Source of the DNA: Eledone cirrhosa
Lineage: Eukaryota
DNA length: 64,000 nucleotides
NCBI GenBank assembly: GCA_964016885.1
Contig: OZ024743.1
Span: forward strand, 154,070,001 to 154,134,000
Direction of reading: 5' to 3'
Every line of letters starts with the position of its first letter. The stretch's first letter is position 1. The position numbers and the translations under genes were made by a program. This document shows, piece by piece, positions 41,064-59,649 of the stretch. The notes beneath the pieces are model-generated. The model had not been told where the DNA came from and did not search any database. It worked only from the letters and a program-made list of their open reading frames with translations.

Positions 41064-41229
41064 AGCAAATTATAAATGTAAACATGTAAGTATGCTTTTG
41101 AAACGGTGCGCGAGTTTGAAATTAGAAATTAAAAATTATAAGCTTTCACCGTATTTTAGACTAAATAAATTTCTAGCCTGATAGTGGGGTTTATAACCCT
41201 CGGAGAAATGGAAAAAGATGAGTGTTGCC

Positions 41230-41264
<35 letters not shown>

Positions 41265-41304
41265 CCGCCTACGGACGTATCCTAGCAACCATACTACATA
41301 TATT

Positions 41305-41335
<31 letters not shown>

Positions 41336-42589
41336 GATAACTGCACTTTACAGAAGATGGTGATCTCTTCAACGAATTCTCTGCTACTAGGAACTACGCC
41401 CAACTTTAGACAGAATATGTCATACCAGGTGTATATAATAATTAATGTCGTTGTGCTGCATGCAACAATACATTAGCAGAATAAGTAAAGTAAGAGCTGG
41501 TCGAAATAACTTAACTATATTTATTTGTCCACATTTACGTTCTTGGTTTCCAATATCAAATTTGGCTTTTGTACTCTCGGGTTCAAAAACAATACATTAC
41601 CAGTTAAGTACTAGGTATTCTAATCAGGTTTATCCACTTACGATCATGTGGTCATGTTAGATATTTGTATGGTAAATGATTTTGTTTAAACTGTATCAAA
41701 TATACATTTTTGACACAAATTCAATCTGTGGTTATCATGTAAGGTGTCTATTAATTGAAGAAATATATGAGTGCCAAATCCTTCTTCAAGGTATAGTTAG
41801 TAACTGTGAAGATATTTTTTTACGCTAGAGTAGGTTTCTGAAAGAATGTATAGTAAGATTGTTCAGTGATAATGTTCTCGTAAAACGAATGCAAACATCA
41901 AACAGCTTACAATGTCATTTGTATCATTAAGAATAGCAAACATTCTCACGGTTATTAAGTATATAAACATGAACATTTTTTCTTTAAGAAGCTAGGTTAT
42001 GAAGAATAGCTGTAACATTCTTGTTGAACTATTTAGGAAGAAAATACTATAAAATATATAAATACATATTTTGAAACTTTCACTTTATCAATGAAACACA
42101 ATGCATCTCAACATAAAGTTACTTTCAATTTCCTAAAGGTAAACGTTTGACTAATCCTTCAACTGTTTGTATATAAAAAAAAATAGTAAGGGAGACAATA
42201 TTTGTTTGACACGGTTAGTCATGTTAGGAACAAGTACATTTCAGAGTTGAGTACTTAGCAATCGAAAGGGCAAGTAACTATAATAGCACTTGTTCAAAGA
42301 ATATATAAATATCATAGTTTGTCTTCATGATCTGAACTACTTAAACATGGAAAACTAGATGTAAAACGGTAACATCTAACAATTTCTGGCTATCTTGAAT
42401 ATTGTGTTCACTTTATAAATATTGGTACAGTCATGGTTGCAAGCGATTAATGTACACAGGAACCTGCATGCATAAATGTCTGAGTGGACGGAAACACACA
42501 ACTACATGTAAACGCAAAGGCACCAAACATGCGCGCACACACACACACATATATATATAGTGAAAAAATAAAAATGTTAGTCATTTCTT

Positions 42590-44650
42590 TACAAATCGCG
42601 TGTTATAATGAAAACAGAGTTTGAAAAACATAATGACTGAACTTTTGGTTATTTGGAACGTTTCTGTATTAATGTGCTAAGTAATCTACTAATTCTTTAT
42701 ATATTTCTGTTTACATTTACCGGTTTCAGTAATGTTTACAACATTTTCAAAAAGATTTCGTCAGAATATTTCTAAAAAATGTTTTCCTTTTATGTATATC
42801 TCACAGGGTTAGTGAGGCAGAAGTGCAGCCATTGATGAATTGTTTTGATTACATTTCGAAGTTTCCAGTGGATATAAAGGAAAAGCCACAATCTAATTCC
42901 AAATGATCTGAAAGAAGACAAAAGATTTATCATAAAAGAAGCCGACAAAAGATGGCACTGCCGTCATTATGGACACTGAGCATTACAGTAAGATGGTACA
43001 ACATGCTACAGGACAATACATACTGTGAAGAAGCCTAGACTACAAACTCCATAAAATGATGAACCAACTCAGTGATTTAGTACATCCATACCCAGACTGC
43101 CTTACTGCTGAAGAATTAGACTAACACACCAATTTTAGATGTAAAAAGTAATCTCTGTTTTGATAAAAGTATATAAATATAAAATTAATTATTGAGACAT
43201 GCAAAATACATTGCGAGTACCACTTGTGTTGATATACCCACACTAACTGACTTAAAAAAAGACCTATTATAACAATTTTCGAAACACACCATCTAAATAA
43301 TTTCTTAGACATCTAATTGAAACCTCCACTCAAACACATTAGAACTTTCATACAATATGATTTCCCCAACAATCTACCAGATAATATAAGCCAAAAGACT
43401 CATATGATCTCATTGGATGTTGTAAGTTTCTACAGTAACATTCCACACGATTACGGAATCGAAGCCATCAAATACTAGCTAGACCAATTCCTCATGAACT
43501 ACCAGACGACTTCAATAAGAATTCTATTTAAAAACAATTATTTCGTGTTCGATGAAATAATTTACCAGCAGAAATCAGGAACAGACATGGAAACAAAGGT
43601 GACGCCAACATATGACAACCTAGTCATGGGGTACCATATCGACTACATAAAAGAAAACCAGAGGAGTTACTTGGATGACTGCTTCATATTTTGGAGGGAT
43701 AATCTTGACTTTTGGAGGGAGAATCTTGGAGGGAGAAACAAAATGTCAAATCCTCATCAATGATATAAACCAGAATATCTAATTCACTATAGATTTTAGC
43801 AATATAAAACTGCCATTTTTAGTTATCCTAATAACAGAAAGAACATTAGAAACTGGCATATATTTCAAAGGTACTGTCTCCCGACAATACCTTCTTTTTA
43901 TATCTTCTCATCAATCACACACCCGTACAACAATCCCTTTTAACTTACTCAAGAGATGAAACATATATTATTGAGGGGAAATATCCACAGAATATAATCA
44001 ACGATAGTATTCAAATAGCAAGCCAAATCAATATCCAAACATTAAAAAAAAAAAAAAAAAAAAAAGCAAAAAAATCAATACACAAGAAAACAGGTCATAC
44101 CGTATATTTCAACTTTCAATTCAAAGAACACAGAGATATACACACATATACAACTAGACCTTATCTATATTACGAAAGGACAAGAAAATTAAAAGCAACT
44201 TAAATAGATGCTAAGGAATGCAAAGATACAAACAATTATAAAAGAACCTGAAATAAAAATGTGCGACCAACCTCAAAGCGGGCGTATGCAATTATCCGTC
44301 AGAAGGCAACACATTTAATTTAAATGATGGTTCCATCTTTCAAATTAAAAACAAACATTTTTCATTTAAAATAAAATAAAAATATATAATCAAGCCTGAA
44401 TTACGCTCCTTGTACTCAGCAATACCACAAGCGTCCAACCACATGAGATAAACATAAATGAAAAAATCTTTTAAGAAAGACTCTAGCGAAAATGTTTTTC
44501 AAAAGGCTGTGACTCAGCTGAAACTGGTAAAAGGAAACAAATATATATAAACAATCATCAAATTACTTGGCACGTTAATACAGAAACTTTCTAAATAACC
44601 AAAAGTTCAGTCCAGTCAGTGCATTTTCAAACCCAGTTTGTCCTATACAC
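42590..44650 (+). mobile_element. Decayed Penelope-like element (Neptune-like RT) with inverted 5' pseudo-LTR
   Basis: IKEADK, DVVSFYSNIPH, NNYFVF...YQQKSGTDM and YLDDCFIFW remnants at 42900-43850. About 42590-42770 is an inverted copy of ~44470-44650. Confidence 0.8.
42713..42769 (-). ncRNA. Type I hammerhead-like motif
   Basis: Minus strand ATATT-CTGACGA-...AATGTT/AACATT hairpin...-GAAAC CG GTA-AATGT. Core intact; base of stem II poorly paired. Confidence 0.55.
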
Positions 44651-44655
44651 ACACG

Positions 44656-44730
<75 letters not shown>

Positions 44731-44754
44731 CAGGTAAAAGGAAGATAACACAGA

Positions 44755-46140
44755 TAAGTTGAATGGCTATTGTGAAATTCGAATTTTAAATACATAAAAC
44801 AATGCAGAACTGAAGAATTTCAAAAAGAAATCTAGAAATAGAGAATATATCTGGTATAGCCCCGTATATAACTACGCCAACAGTAATCTAACATTTGTTT
44901 TCTTTAATCTAATAGAAAAGCACTTCCCAAAGCCACGTTCAATAGGAAGACTATCATAATCTACTGTAGTAAATAGAAACATACATTAAAAAAACTCAAT
45001 CCAAGCCTAATTTCTAAATATAGTAGTACACATACTACTAGTATCATCTCTAATAACAAACACAGCGTTGTAACTACATAACGACAGCTGATAGACGTTC
45101 CACAACGCACCTAAATAACGTAAACAAACCAGCATCTCAGCCCGATACAAGCTATACATCGGGTTATAATTTGGAACCTGTACATAGGAAAGCTAGCAAA
45201 TGGAACTGGCACATATCAGATAGATGTGTCCTACAAAACAAATGCCTAGAATCTAATTTAGTTTATCTATGTACCATCAAATCAGGTGACCAAGAATGGT
45301 ACTATAGAGGTTCTACAGCGAAATATTTCAAGAAACGCTGGTAAGTGCATAGAAACTCAATAGAAAACCGCAAACACAAGAGCACAACAAATCTGGAAAC
45401 TTGTGGATAACGAACAGAAATACCAAATATTTTGGAGTAATTTAACTACGGCTAAGACACACACACAGACGAAACTGGTCAATGCAGATTATGTAATGTG
45501 GAATTTCTCCATATTTTACAACGTAATAATAACTTATTAAATAGCAAGATAAAGCGAATAATATTGTGTCGACATGTATGTGCTAACACGTTCATAAACA
45601 TAAATCGCAATAGATGTGATTCGAGCCATCGTTCTCAGTTTATATATAAATATTCTACATCTTCTAGACTTTAAATTCTTCAGAAAATGTGGCACCATGA
45701 ATAACATTAACTAGCCTTATCACCCACAGGCAGTTTTCTTATCTATTACTATTTCAACAGCACCATAAACACCCACTTGTTTGACAACATCAAAGAACAA
45801 ACTTACTATGCCAGGATTGGCCGAAATGAACTAGTACACATGACCAATCAGCTATAAGTGAAACTGACCCATCTAAAACCTGCTAATATGCTCCGTATCT
45901 TTTTATTTCTTATTTATTATATATTTTTAATGCTTCACTGTCCTTTGTGTATATTATCCCTATTTCCCCAACACCTCAAGTATATACCTTTCTCTCAGTT
46001 TAATTGAGTTTTCATTTTGATGTCTATGTTATTTGGTATAAAACCGCTGACGCTAATTCCATGATCAGTATTTTGATAATTCAACTTGTGAAGCACTGTT
46101 TTGTGTATTTAAAATCGAATTTCACAATACCCAATCAACT
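44755..46140 (+). mobile_element. Decayed PLE C-terminal GIY-YIG region of a third subtype (Hydra-like), with short inverted 5' arm
   Basis: IWYSP.Y...FFNLIEKHFP, C.L...CL..NLVY.C, YRGST, FKKRW and CRLC..E...LLN...CRH. 44755-44806 is inverted to ~46093-46140. Clade name is from memory. Confidence 0.65.
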
Positions 46141-46494
46141 ATTGATGATAGCGATTTCAAGATATACTTGATTGCTTATTAGCCTAAGAAATATATGTTA
46201 ATGCTTAGAATAAAACTCTATTATATCGTTTATCCGTGTTAATCATCCTGTGACATATTATTACTAATCACGCAACCATCGAAAACCTAAATAAGTAAGC
46301 CACTTGTTGATCTACTAGCACCGTACGCTGAAATATTCATTGGTACAGATTACTCGTAATCTGAGCGTATGTAAACTTAAACAACATCTCGTTTACTTTG
46401 ATATAAAGAGTTCAAAATGACAAACAAACAAAGAAACGCAGGAGTCGATGGTACATGGTGCTATTAGCTTTACGCTTGATCTTGATCTCTCTCA

Positions 46495-50468
<3,974 letters not shown>

Positions 50469-50475
50469 ATATATG

Positions 50476-50520
<45 letters not shown>

Positions 50521-50529
50521 ATATATATA

Positions 50530-51460
50530 AAAACAAATAGTAGAAAGGACAAATATATTTTCAGTAGAAAATCTTGAAGGCATTTTTCTAGAGAAATTTT
50601 AAAACGTTAATTTATTTACAATACCGGTTTCAGCATTAAATGCATTGTCAATTGCGGATATGCGGAATATTGTTAAGATTCCAGCAACCTCTGACAAATA
50701 TATAATGCAGACCAAGCAACCACATAGAAACACCCACATCAATAAGTCTTGGCGGACCTCCACGAAAATAATCGGATAAATGAAAACATTCAGGTGTCAA
50801 ATTAAATGCTTTACATTCCCCTGACTCTGGAAGCTTCTGTTGAAGAGAGAATGTGTATTCCAGTGGCTCTGAACCCCTTTTTGTAGCAACATTTTCTCCA
50901 TTCCCGTAAATGTAAAATTCCTGCTAGGGATGGAATTAATATTTCAATAACTCTGGTCAATGTTGAAGATTTCTTCTAAGAAAAAATACCAAGATAGGTC
51001 ACCCAACCTTTCAAACCAACCCCAGCCAACTTTGTATCCACTATTCAAAGGGACTCACATAGCAGTCTGCAGCCACAACAACCATCCCCTGCCTCCTCTC
51101 CTTCCTTCTTCTCCTCTCCCCCTCCTGCTTCTACCTCCTCCATTCACAACCAATCCATTAGCAGAGAAGGATAGACAAAGAAATTTACATCCTTCTCTGA
51201 AGGAACATGTATGTGAACATTAATTTTTCTTCCCCACTCTATAATATTTGTTTGCTATTATCATTATTTTCACTATTTGTACAAATATGCAACTTAACAA
51301 TATTCTGCATATACGCAATTGACAATGCATTTAAGGATGAAACCGGTATTGTAAATAAATTAATGTCTTGAAATTTCACTAAAAAAATCTCTTCAACATA
51401 TCTGAAAACATATTCAACATCTACTGAAAACATATTTTTCCTTCTCTTATGTACTTGTTG
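50530..51460. repeat. ~130-bp inverted arms carrying a decayed HHR
   Basis: 50530-50665 is inverted to ~51300-51460. The arm reads CAA-TTGACAA-TGCATTTAATGCT-GAAACCGGTA-TTG. Confidence 0.7.
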
Positions 51461-51899
51461 AACTATGTATTAGTTAAAGTACTGTGATTAATATAATTTT
51501 CTAAGAACTTTGAATACACTGTCCAAACATCGCGGGCTTTAATTTAATTGAGTTTATACACCACCACCCCCGCCCCCCGCCCGCAAAAATAATAAGAACA
51601 TTTCAGTAAGTTTTATTCAGTGTGCATATCTAATTAGAAGTTATCTCTTCAATAGAATAAATAATCCTCTTAGTCTTGAGCAAAACAAATTGTATTATAG
51701 TTCTTTTAAATGTCACTCTAGCTCAGCTGATTGGAAACTTGGGCTAAGTAACCTTTTATAGTTTACATTCAGAATTTTCAGTGGTTTGTCAACTATTATA
51801 TCCATAGAGAACTTGCAATAATGTAAACATTTAAAAAGAAAAATTATGGGAATTTTTCTTCATGTAGTATGTGTTTTATACATACTGAACACTGTTGCA

Positions 51900-52500
51900 C
51901 CTGAATATCCAATTATTCTTCACAATTTGTGCATGAATATATATATTTAAATTTAATAATGACATTGAAGATACTTAGTTGAGTTGTTCAGGTGTAGATT
52001 AAGTAACATACAAGATATGTTTCCTTAATAAGTTCAGGGATTTATTTTGAATGATCTTTAATGAGACTAGGTGGTTATGTTTTCCTTGAAAGATGATTTT
52101 CCTGATCTCTCTACATAGTTTCCAATGAAATGTGTTTTCAAGATCTGTCTTCAGGGTTCATGAAATACATTGTTTGCATATGAATACACATTCTTTGTAG
52201 ACAGACAATGAGGGATTAAATGTAATATCATCTGCATAAGGGTATGTGTGTGAACAGAAGAGACATCAATATGACTTATATAAAGGAGAAGAGGGCATTA
52301 AGAGTTATAATTATGATTTGAGATTTACCAGATTTGATAGTTTGTAGAATATTGTTGCAAATACAGGGTGTGTAACATCACAAAAAGGCCCAATTCGAGA
52401 TATAGATGATACAATAGAGCTTAACCAGGCAGCCTACATAGACGCTTCTCATGCTAGACACGAGGGAATGATTGTTTTATGTTAAAACCAACAACCTAAA
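51900..52500 (-). mobile_element. Highly decayed LINE RT remnant
   Basis: Minus strand PLLLYISHI followed by YADDIT at ~52222-52240. Extent uncertain. Confidence 0.35.
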
Positions 52501-54717
52501 CTCCACCAAATGTTTGAGTGTAAGTGACATTGACATATGTCGGCAGAGGTTAGGTTTCCAGTTGATATCACCTTGTTTAATAGAATAGGACACATGGGAG
52601 CATGTTCCCATCGATTTGGTTAGATCACTGAACAAGGAAATTACACAAATATCACAAATGTAGAGATTTAATTGTAGTGAGGAATACTTAGGTGTATACC
52701 ATCATCTTGATGCCTGGAATGAATAGCTAATATATAATTGGTGAAGTACATGGAGGTTATCTTAAGAGAAACATTAGAAGTGTCAGATCAACAGTTGAAG
52801 TGTTCATTAACAAAGTACTCACTTGATTGGGCAGAGTGTATGCAAACCATATAGTACATGAACGGTGAAGGCTGGTTAAACATCTGTTATGAATTTACAA
52901 CAAAGACCAAAAGAACTTGGAGACTAGGAGTGTCATTTAAAGATACAGATACTAAAATATCCACACAGTATAGAATGAGAAACATTTAGTGATACTGGCA
53001 TGAGATGAGAGTGTGAGCCAAGGAGATCTGTGTGCATTGAAGTCACAGAGATGATGAATTGCGATAAAGGAGGGTTTAGACATACGTGTATGTTCAATAC
53101 TGGATGAGAAATAATAGAATAATATGTCCAATGTTGCGAAAGTTTAGAAAACAGTTGATATATCAGATAAAGTTAGAAACATATGAAAACATGTCTCCAA
53201 CCAGAATAATTTCAAGCCTTTGTTGTTGGTATCCAGGAGTGTAGATAGGTACATAACTGTAGACTTTAATGATTAATGAAAATTCATAATGGACACTATA
53301 AACTGGAAAGCAGTAATTGATTAGATACACAGGATAGGATATTTGTGCATGAAACATGACTATGCAGTTTGGCTTGGACATTCATTTACAACACTTGCGA
53401 ATTTAACAAAAATAAGGCTTTTCCAGACTGTTGACCATTGTTTGAATACACGTGTCTTCACTGTTATTTTTCCTAGAGTGTTTTGAAGATGGCAACGAAG
53501 ATACAGCCAATACTCTAGGGTTGCCTGTGACATTTACATCAATCTGTATAAGTGAGCAAGCAGAACACTAGTGTTGTTGATTGGACATATTGAAATACTG
53601 TTCTAATTGGACCAAAGTCGTGTACATACATGGATAATTGACGTGTATGCTTTTCATATATATTGTATATACTGTGAGATCAAATATAATAAAGCACCCA
53701 GTTTACTACTGTTATTTTATGTCCAAAGATCAGCTCTAATTGAGTAGTTATAATGCATGTAGGTGATAAACTGAATGACAAGTTGCATCCCAATGCCATA
53801 TTTGCTCCAGTTATACAAAGGTGTTGTCTAGATGAGAAAAATACTGGACACTGCAGCAGTCAGTGAAACGTTTTATGATGTACAGTAAAACACTTGAACA
53901 TATTTCACTCTCTCAGCTGTCCTATATATTTCTGTACACCTGTATTAAGGAAGATTCTATATGACCAAATCTTCCTCAAATGTTTCTAGCATCTTAATAA
54001 TTATACAATATACAGAAAATCAACATGTATTATTCCCACAGCTCAATTACATGCCATAGAAGAGTATTGAAGACTGTGAATTATTGAATCCCTAGATTTT
54101 TCTCTATTTTTAGAAAATAGATGATGTATAATTTGGCAATATGCAGTGGCATGAATTCCTGAGATATGCAAGGCATTCAATGCTATACATTTATGCATAT
54201 TCACCCAAGAGCTTTCATATATAAATGCGTATCCTTTCTTTCTATGTTCTGTTGAGTAAGATCTCGAATCTTTCACATCTACCAGTAGTAGAAATGATCT
54301 GTATCGTGTAGAGAATAAACTGATTGCTTTTATTCCAGCTTCAACAATAAAGTAAATAGAGCTGAGAGTAATAACCCTAAGAATAAATGCCTTCAACACA
54401 ACACTAACTTTATGGCTTATCCTCTTCCTCATTTTAACTATTATATGAATCTATACTGATTTCATGTATACATTGTTTTTAGCCTAATAGCAGTGCACAT
54501 GAAATATTGCACTATTAATAAACATATGGCCTAGGTAGTCGCTCCTTTGATTCAATATATGGATATACATATCATATATATATGTATGTTTATATATATA
54601 TATATATAAATGTAATCTGAGTTTTTCGAATATCAATAATAATATTAGAATTGTTTGCAATTATGCAAACAGCCTCTTATTAATCCATGGATGTAGAATG
54701 ACACCGTCAGTCCTGCA

Positions 54718-54809
<92 letters not shown>

Positions 54810-54814
<5 letters not shown>

Positions 54815-55806
54815 ATACTTTGGGAGGGTCATGTTGCCAATGAGAAACACACGCACCAGTCTAAATTTAGAAGGGCCCTAAATAAACATAAACTCAATAT
54901 TAAGATAGTAGAAAGACCAGGTACCTCCGTAAAAACACTTATTAGCAAGACATACCCTTTTCAAAGACCCTCATGTATAGATAAGAAATGTATAACCTGT
55001 AAAACAAGCCCCCATATTAACTGTAAAACTAGAAATGTAGTGTATAGCATAAGATGTACTGAAGGACAATGTAGAGACAAACATATAGTGTACATAGGTG
55101 AGACAGCTCGTAGTGTAGGGGAACGGATAAATGAACACTGGCGAGACCTTCAAGATAATAAAGAATCATGTGTACTCTACCGACATGGTAAAATAGAACA
55201 CAAGGGTAAATTAGAGAACATAAATATAAAAATAGAATCTACACACAGAAAAGACGCAATGTTTAGACAAATTACAGAGGCAATAAACATAAAAGAATTA
55301 CAACCAAAATTAAATAGAAAATATGAGTGGAACAGCAACATCACAACTTACAATTAAGGACAAAATGAAAACACACACACACATAGAACAAACAACCAAC
55401 CAGTAACATGTAAATAAACAAATAAATAAATGAACATAAACACGCACATACACCCGGATGTGGCGCATGCGCAGACTGAGCACAGAACACACACACAGAA
55501 ACAAAATGGCGTAGGACAGAACAAAGGAGAGACACAGAAAAAAAGAAAGGAATCCCCAGTCACTGAAGAGGTCACATAGTGTGTGACGAAAGAACTATGA
55601 CTATATATAAACAACTATCTGGTTGTGGAACCAACCAACCAACCAGAAATTTATAAATTTATGAATTTATAAATATATAATAAATTGAAGTGAAAGCAAC
55701 TGGTGCATGTGTTTCTTATTGGCAACATGACCCTCCCAAAGTATAACAATATCGATTTCAACACACGATTTCAAATAAAGAATCTTCCTAAACAAATTCA
55801 GAAACG

Positions 55807-55810
<4 letters not shown>
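54810..55810 (+). mobile_element. PLE 3' end (Naiad-like GIY-YIG) with short inverted 5' arm
   Basis: Open frame 54862-55357: IVERPG...C....C..C...CKTRNVVY...C...YIGETAR...R..EH...RQITEA..I...LN.K.EWN. 54810-54860 is the reverse complement of 55699-55749. Confidence 0.9.
55558..55602 (+). ncRNA. Minimal type I hammerhead ribozyme in PLE 3' UTR
   Basis: Stem I AGTCA/TGACT; CTGAAGA 55563-55569; stem II GTCACA/TGTGAC; GAAA 55588-55591; GAAC; CUA cleavage triplet ending 55597. Confidence 0.85.
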
Positions 55811-55866
<56 letters not shown>

Positions 55867-56058
55867 TTAATGATAGCTATGATGCTTCCATAGTCGGTAT
55901 GCTGGTTGAGCACTCTATGTTCTTACAGAGCAAAGTGTGATATAATATAAAACAGAATCAGTCAGATCCATACAATGATCGTGTCTCGAGCTGTCTGCCG
56001 GCGAAACAATTGTAACACACAATAAATTGAGTCCAGATGCATCACTGATTTTTCGTTT

Positions 56059-56111
<53 letters not shown>

Positions 56112-56128
56112 TATGTATGTATGTATAA

Positions 56129-56935
<807 letters not shown>

Positions 56936-57109
56936 ATAGGTATATAAATATACCTATCAATTTAATTAATTTACTTTCTTTTCATAGATGTAGATTCCAT
57001 ATATATATTTTTTTCACTAACACTTTTATCGTAACATTTTAGTCACCTTAGATATTTACATTGGCATTATTCTTTTATAACACCAATTTTTCGTGTACCT
57101 TTTACCGAC

Positions 57110-57580
57110 CTGACCTATTTTCACCCCTAAAATAACCTTTTCATTCTTCATACTCCTTCCATTCAAAACTGAAATCTGCCTTCTTCTACCCCTAAATTAA
57201 AGTTCCATTACTACTATTTTACCGTTTATCCAGTTATTACCTTTCTATTGGTCAATTCAAAACCTGTTCCCAAACAGACCTATTATATTAAATCTTTTTT
57301 GGTTTTATTCAATGAACAAATATAATTATTTCTGAAGACAACATATGACCTATTTTCATCCCTAAAATAATCTTTCATTCATAATATTCTTTCCATCCAA
57401 AACCGAAATCTACCTTCCTCTACCCCTAAATTAAGGTTCTTTTACTACTATTTTATCATCTTGACCTTTACTATCTTTCTATTGGTCAATTCAAAACCTG
57501 TTCCCAAACAGACCTAATGTATTAAATCTTTGTTGGTTTTTTTCAATAAACAAATATCATTATTTCTGAAGACAGCATAT
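57110..57580 (+). repeat. ~236-bp tandem duplication leading into an HHR
   Basis: TGACCTATTTTCA.CCCTAAAATAA...ATTTCTGAAGACA.CATA occurs twice. Confidence 0.9.
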
Positions 57581-57694
57581 ATATGTGTAGGTATGTATAT
57601 TCCTCCTGATAGTTTGTAAACATTTTACATAGATCTATAGGATATGCATACCAACACTAACATATATATCCTAGAAACGATCGTAAAATGATGA
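57557..57694 (+). ncRNA. Type I hammerhead ribozyme with ~101-nt stem II
   Basis: 9-bp stem I TCATTATTT/AAATGATGA; CTGAAGA 57566-57572; long hairpin (ATATATATG/CATATATAT, GGTATGTATA/TATGCATACC); GAAAC GATC GTA 57674-57685. Confidence 0.75.
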
Positions 57695-57875
57695 ATTTTT
57701 TAATATAAGGAACTGTTTCTTTGTTTATTCATTATTTTTATTAATTTATCTTGACTCTGTTTTCCTGTATTTTTATCGAAAAAAATGTTTTGAATACATC
57801 TCTTTTCATGATATTCGGATTACATTAAGTTCTTCATACGGATTGGACACTACCGTACATTTTGGTAGATTTATC

Positions 57876-57942
<67 letters not shown>

Positions 57943-57994
57943 CTATATATATATATATAATATAGAAACAAAAGATGGTTAAAAGAGTTCCATG

Positions 57995-58065
57995 TATTTT
58001 CTTATGCGCATTTCAAAAACAAATATCATCATGAGATGACATTTGCGTTTTCGTCAGATGAAATA
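57995..58065 (-). ncRNA. Type I hammerhead ribozyme (stem I mismatched copy)
   Basis: Reverse complement of 59432-59502 with two stem I substitutions. Confidence 0.6.
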
Positions 58066-59431
58066 GGGAGACATGATATGAAGGTTAAAAAACACTTGTG
58101 AATAGTGCAGTTTTAAATCAACATATGAAAAGTAATTTAACATTCATGTGTGATATTGGGAAAAAAATGAGGGGGGGGGGTGGAAAGGATGAACAAGAGG
58201 AGGATATGAGACTAAAGAATGGTGGGGGAGGAGTATAATAAGGAAGGATGAGATAGGAGGAGATAGGATGAGAATAGGATGAGATAGACAGAGCGATAGC
58301 CTTTATAACTGAGAAAAATATATTGTTTCACAGAGAGAGGTTAAAATGCCGTTGGAAAATAATATATAATTTAAAAGAAATTGAAAATTGATGAAGAGAA
58401 AAAAAAAATAATGAACCGAAAAAAATTGAGAATAATGTTAAATTAAGGTTTGTATATTGAAGGGTTTAATAATATGTGCGATGAAAAGAAATTGTTAATA
58501 TGTATTAAGAATAATATTAAATTAAGGTTTGTATATTGAAGGGTTTAATAATATGTGCGATGAAAAGAAATTGTTAATATGTATTTTTAAAATAAAAATA
58601 TTAATATTATTAAGGATATAATGTGAAAAGAAGTAGAAGAGTGGATGAATTATGAATTTAGAGGAATTAGTGTTTAAGTTTGTTTTTATGTAATGTAATA
58701 TGTATGCGTAATATATGTAAATAGTTTGTTTACAAATGAGCGCAGAAAGCAAAGAAGAAAAAGTGTTTAAGGAAGAGAGGTTTCTAACAACAAAATATAT
58801 ATGTTTATGAAGTTTTTCCTAATGGTAATAATATAATGTAATAAAGGAGATTAGTTAGGTGTTAAGTTTGTTTTTATGTATTGTGATATGTAATATGTAA
58901 AAGTTAGACGAGCATATATATGTTTATGAAGTATTTCCTAATAATAATAATATAATGTAATAAAGGAGATTAGTTAGAGTTTAAGTTTGTTTTTATGTAT
59001 TGAGATATGTAATATGTAAAATTTAGACGAGCATGAAAGGGAGAAAAAAATATAATGAATTGAGGAGGATTAATCTAACGTCAAAAAATGTTTATGTTTA
59101 CGAAGGATTTAAAGGTAATACTATAAAGTATTTAAAAGGTAATAATAAGTTTTATGGCCAATGATATGAAGGAAACAATATATTTTTCTCAGTTATAAAG
59201 GCAATCTCTCTCTTTCTATCACCCATCTCTCCTCCTATCTCATCCTTCCTTATTATACTCCTCCCCCACCATTCTTTACTCTCATCTTCTCCTCTTTTTC
59301 ATCCTTTCCACCCCCCACCTCCACCCTCATTTTTTTCCCAATATGACGCATCGATCTTGAATTACTTTTCATATGTTGATTTAAAACTGCACTATTCACA
59401 AGTGTTTTTTAACCTTCATATCATGTCTCGC

Positions 59432-59502
59432 TATTTTATCTGACGAAAACGCAAATGTCATCTCATGATGATATTTGTTTTTGAAATGCGCATAATAAAA
59501 TA
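59432..59502 (+). ncRNA. Type I hammerhead ribozyme
   Basis: 8-bp stem I TATTTTAT/ATAAAATA; CTGACGA 59440-59446; ~16-bp stem II; GAAA 59483-59486; palindromic ATGCGCAT; AUA triplet ending 59494. Confidence 0.85.
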
Positions 59503-59649
59503 CATGGAACTCTTTTAACCATCTTTTGATCCTATATTATTTATACTCCAGTCCTACAAACTGTAGAGTGCTACTTATCCGATATCCGCATTGCTTTATT
59601 GTACTAAAATAAAACTCACCTCCTATATATATATATATATATATATATA

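Larger units (their letters stand above)
57960..59540. mobile_element. Non-coding element with ~370-bp inverted arms, each carrying an HHR
   Basis: 57960-58330 is inverted to ~59175-59540. The AT-rich interior has local tandem duplications. Flanked by (TA)n. Confidence 0.8.

Noticed and set aside
54862-55357. Selenocysteine recoding as reported for some Naiad PLEs
   Set aside because: Cys positions are ordinary TGT codons, I saw no in-frame TGA, and the stop in the 60.5-kb copy is TAA.
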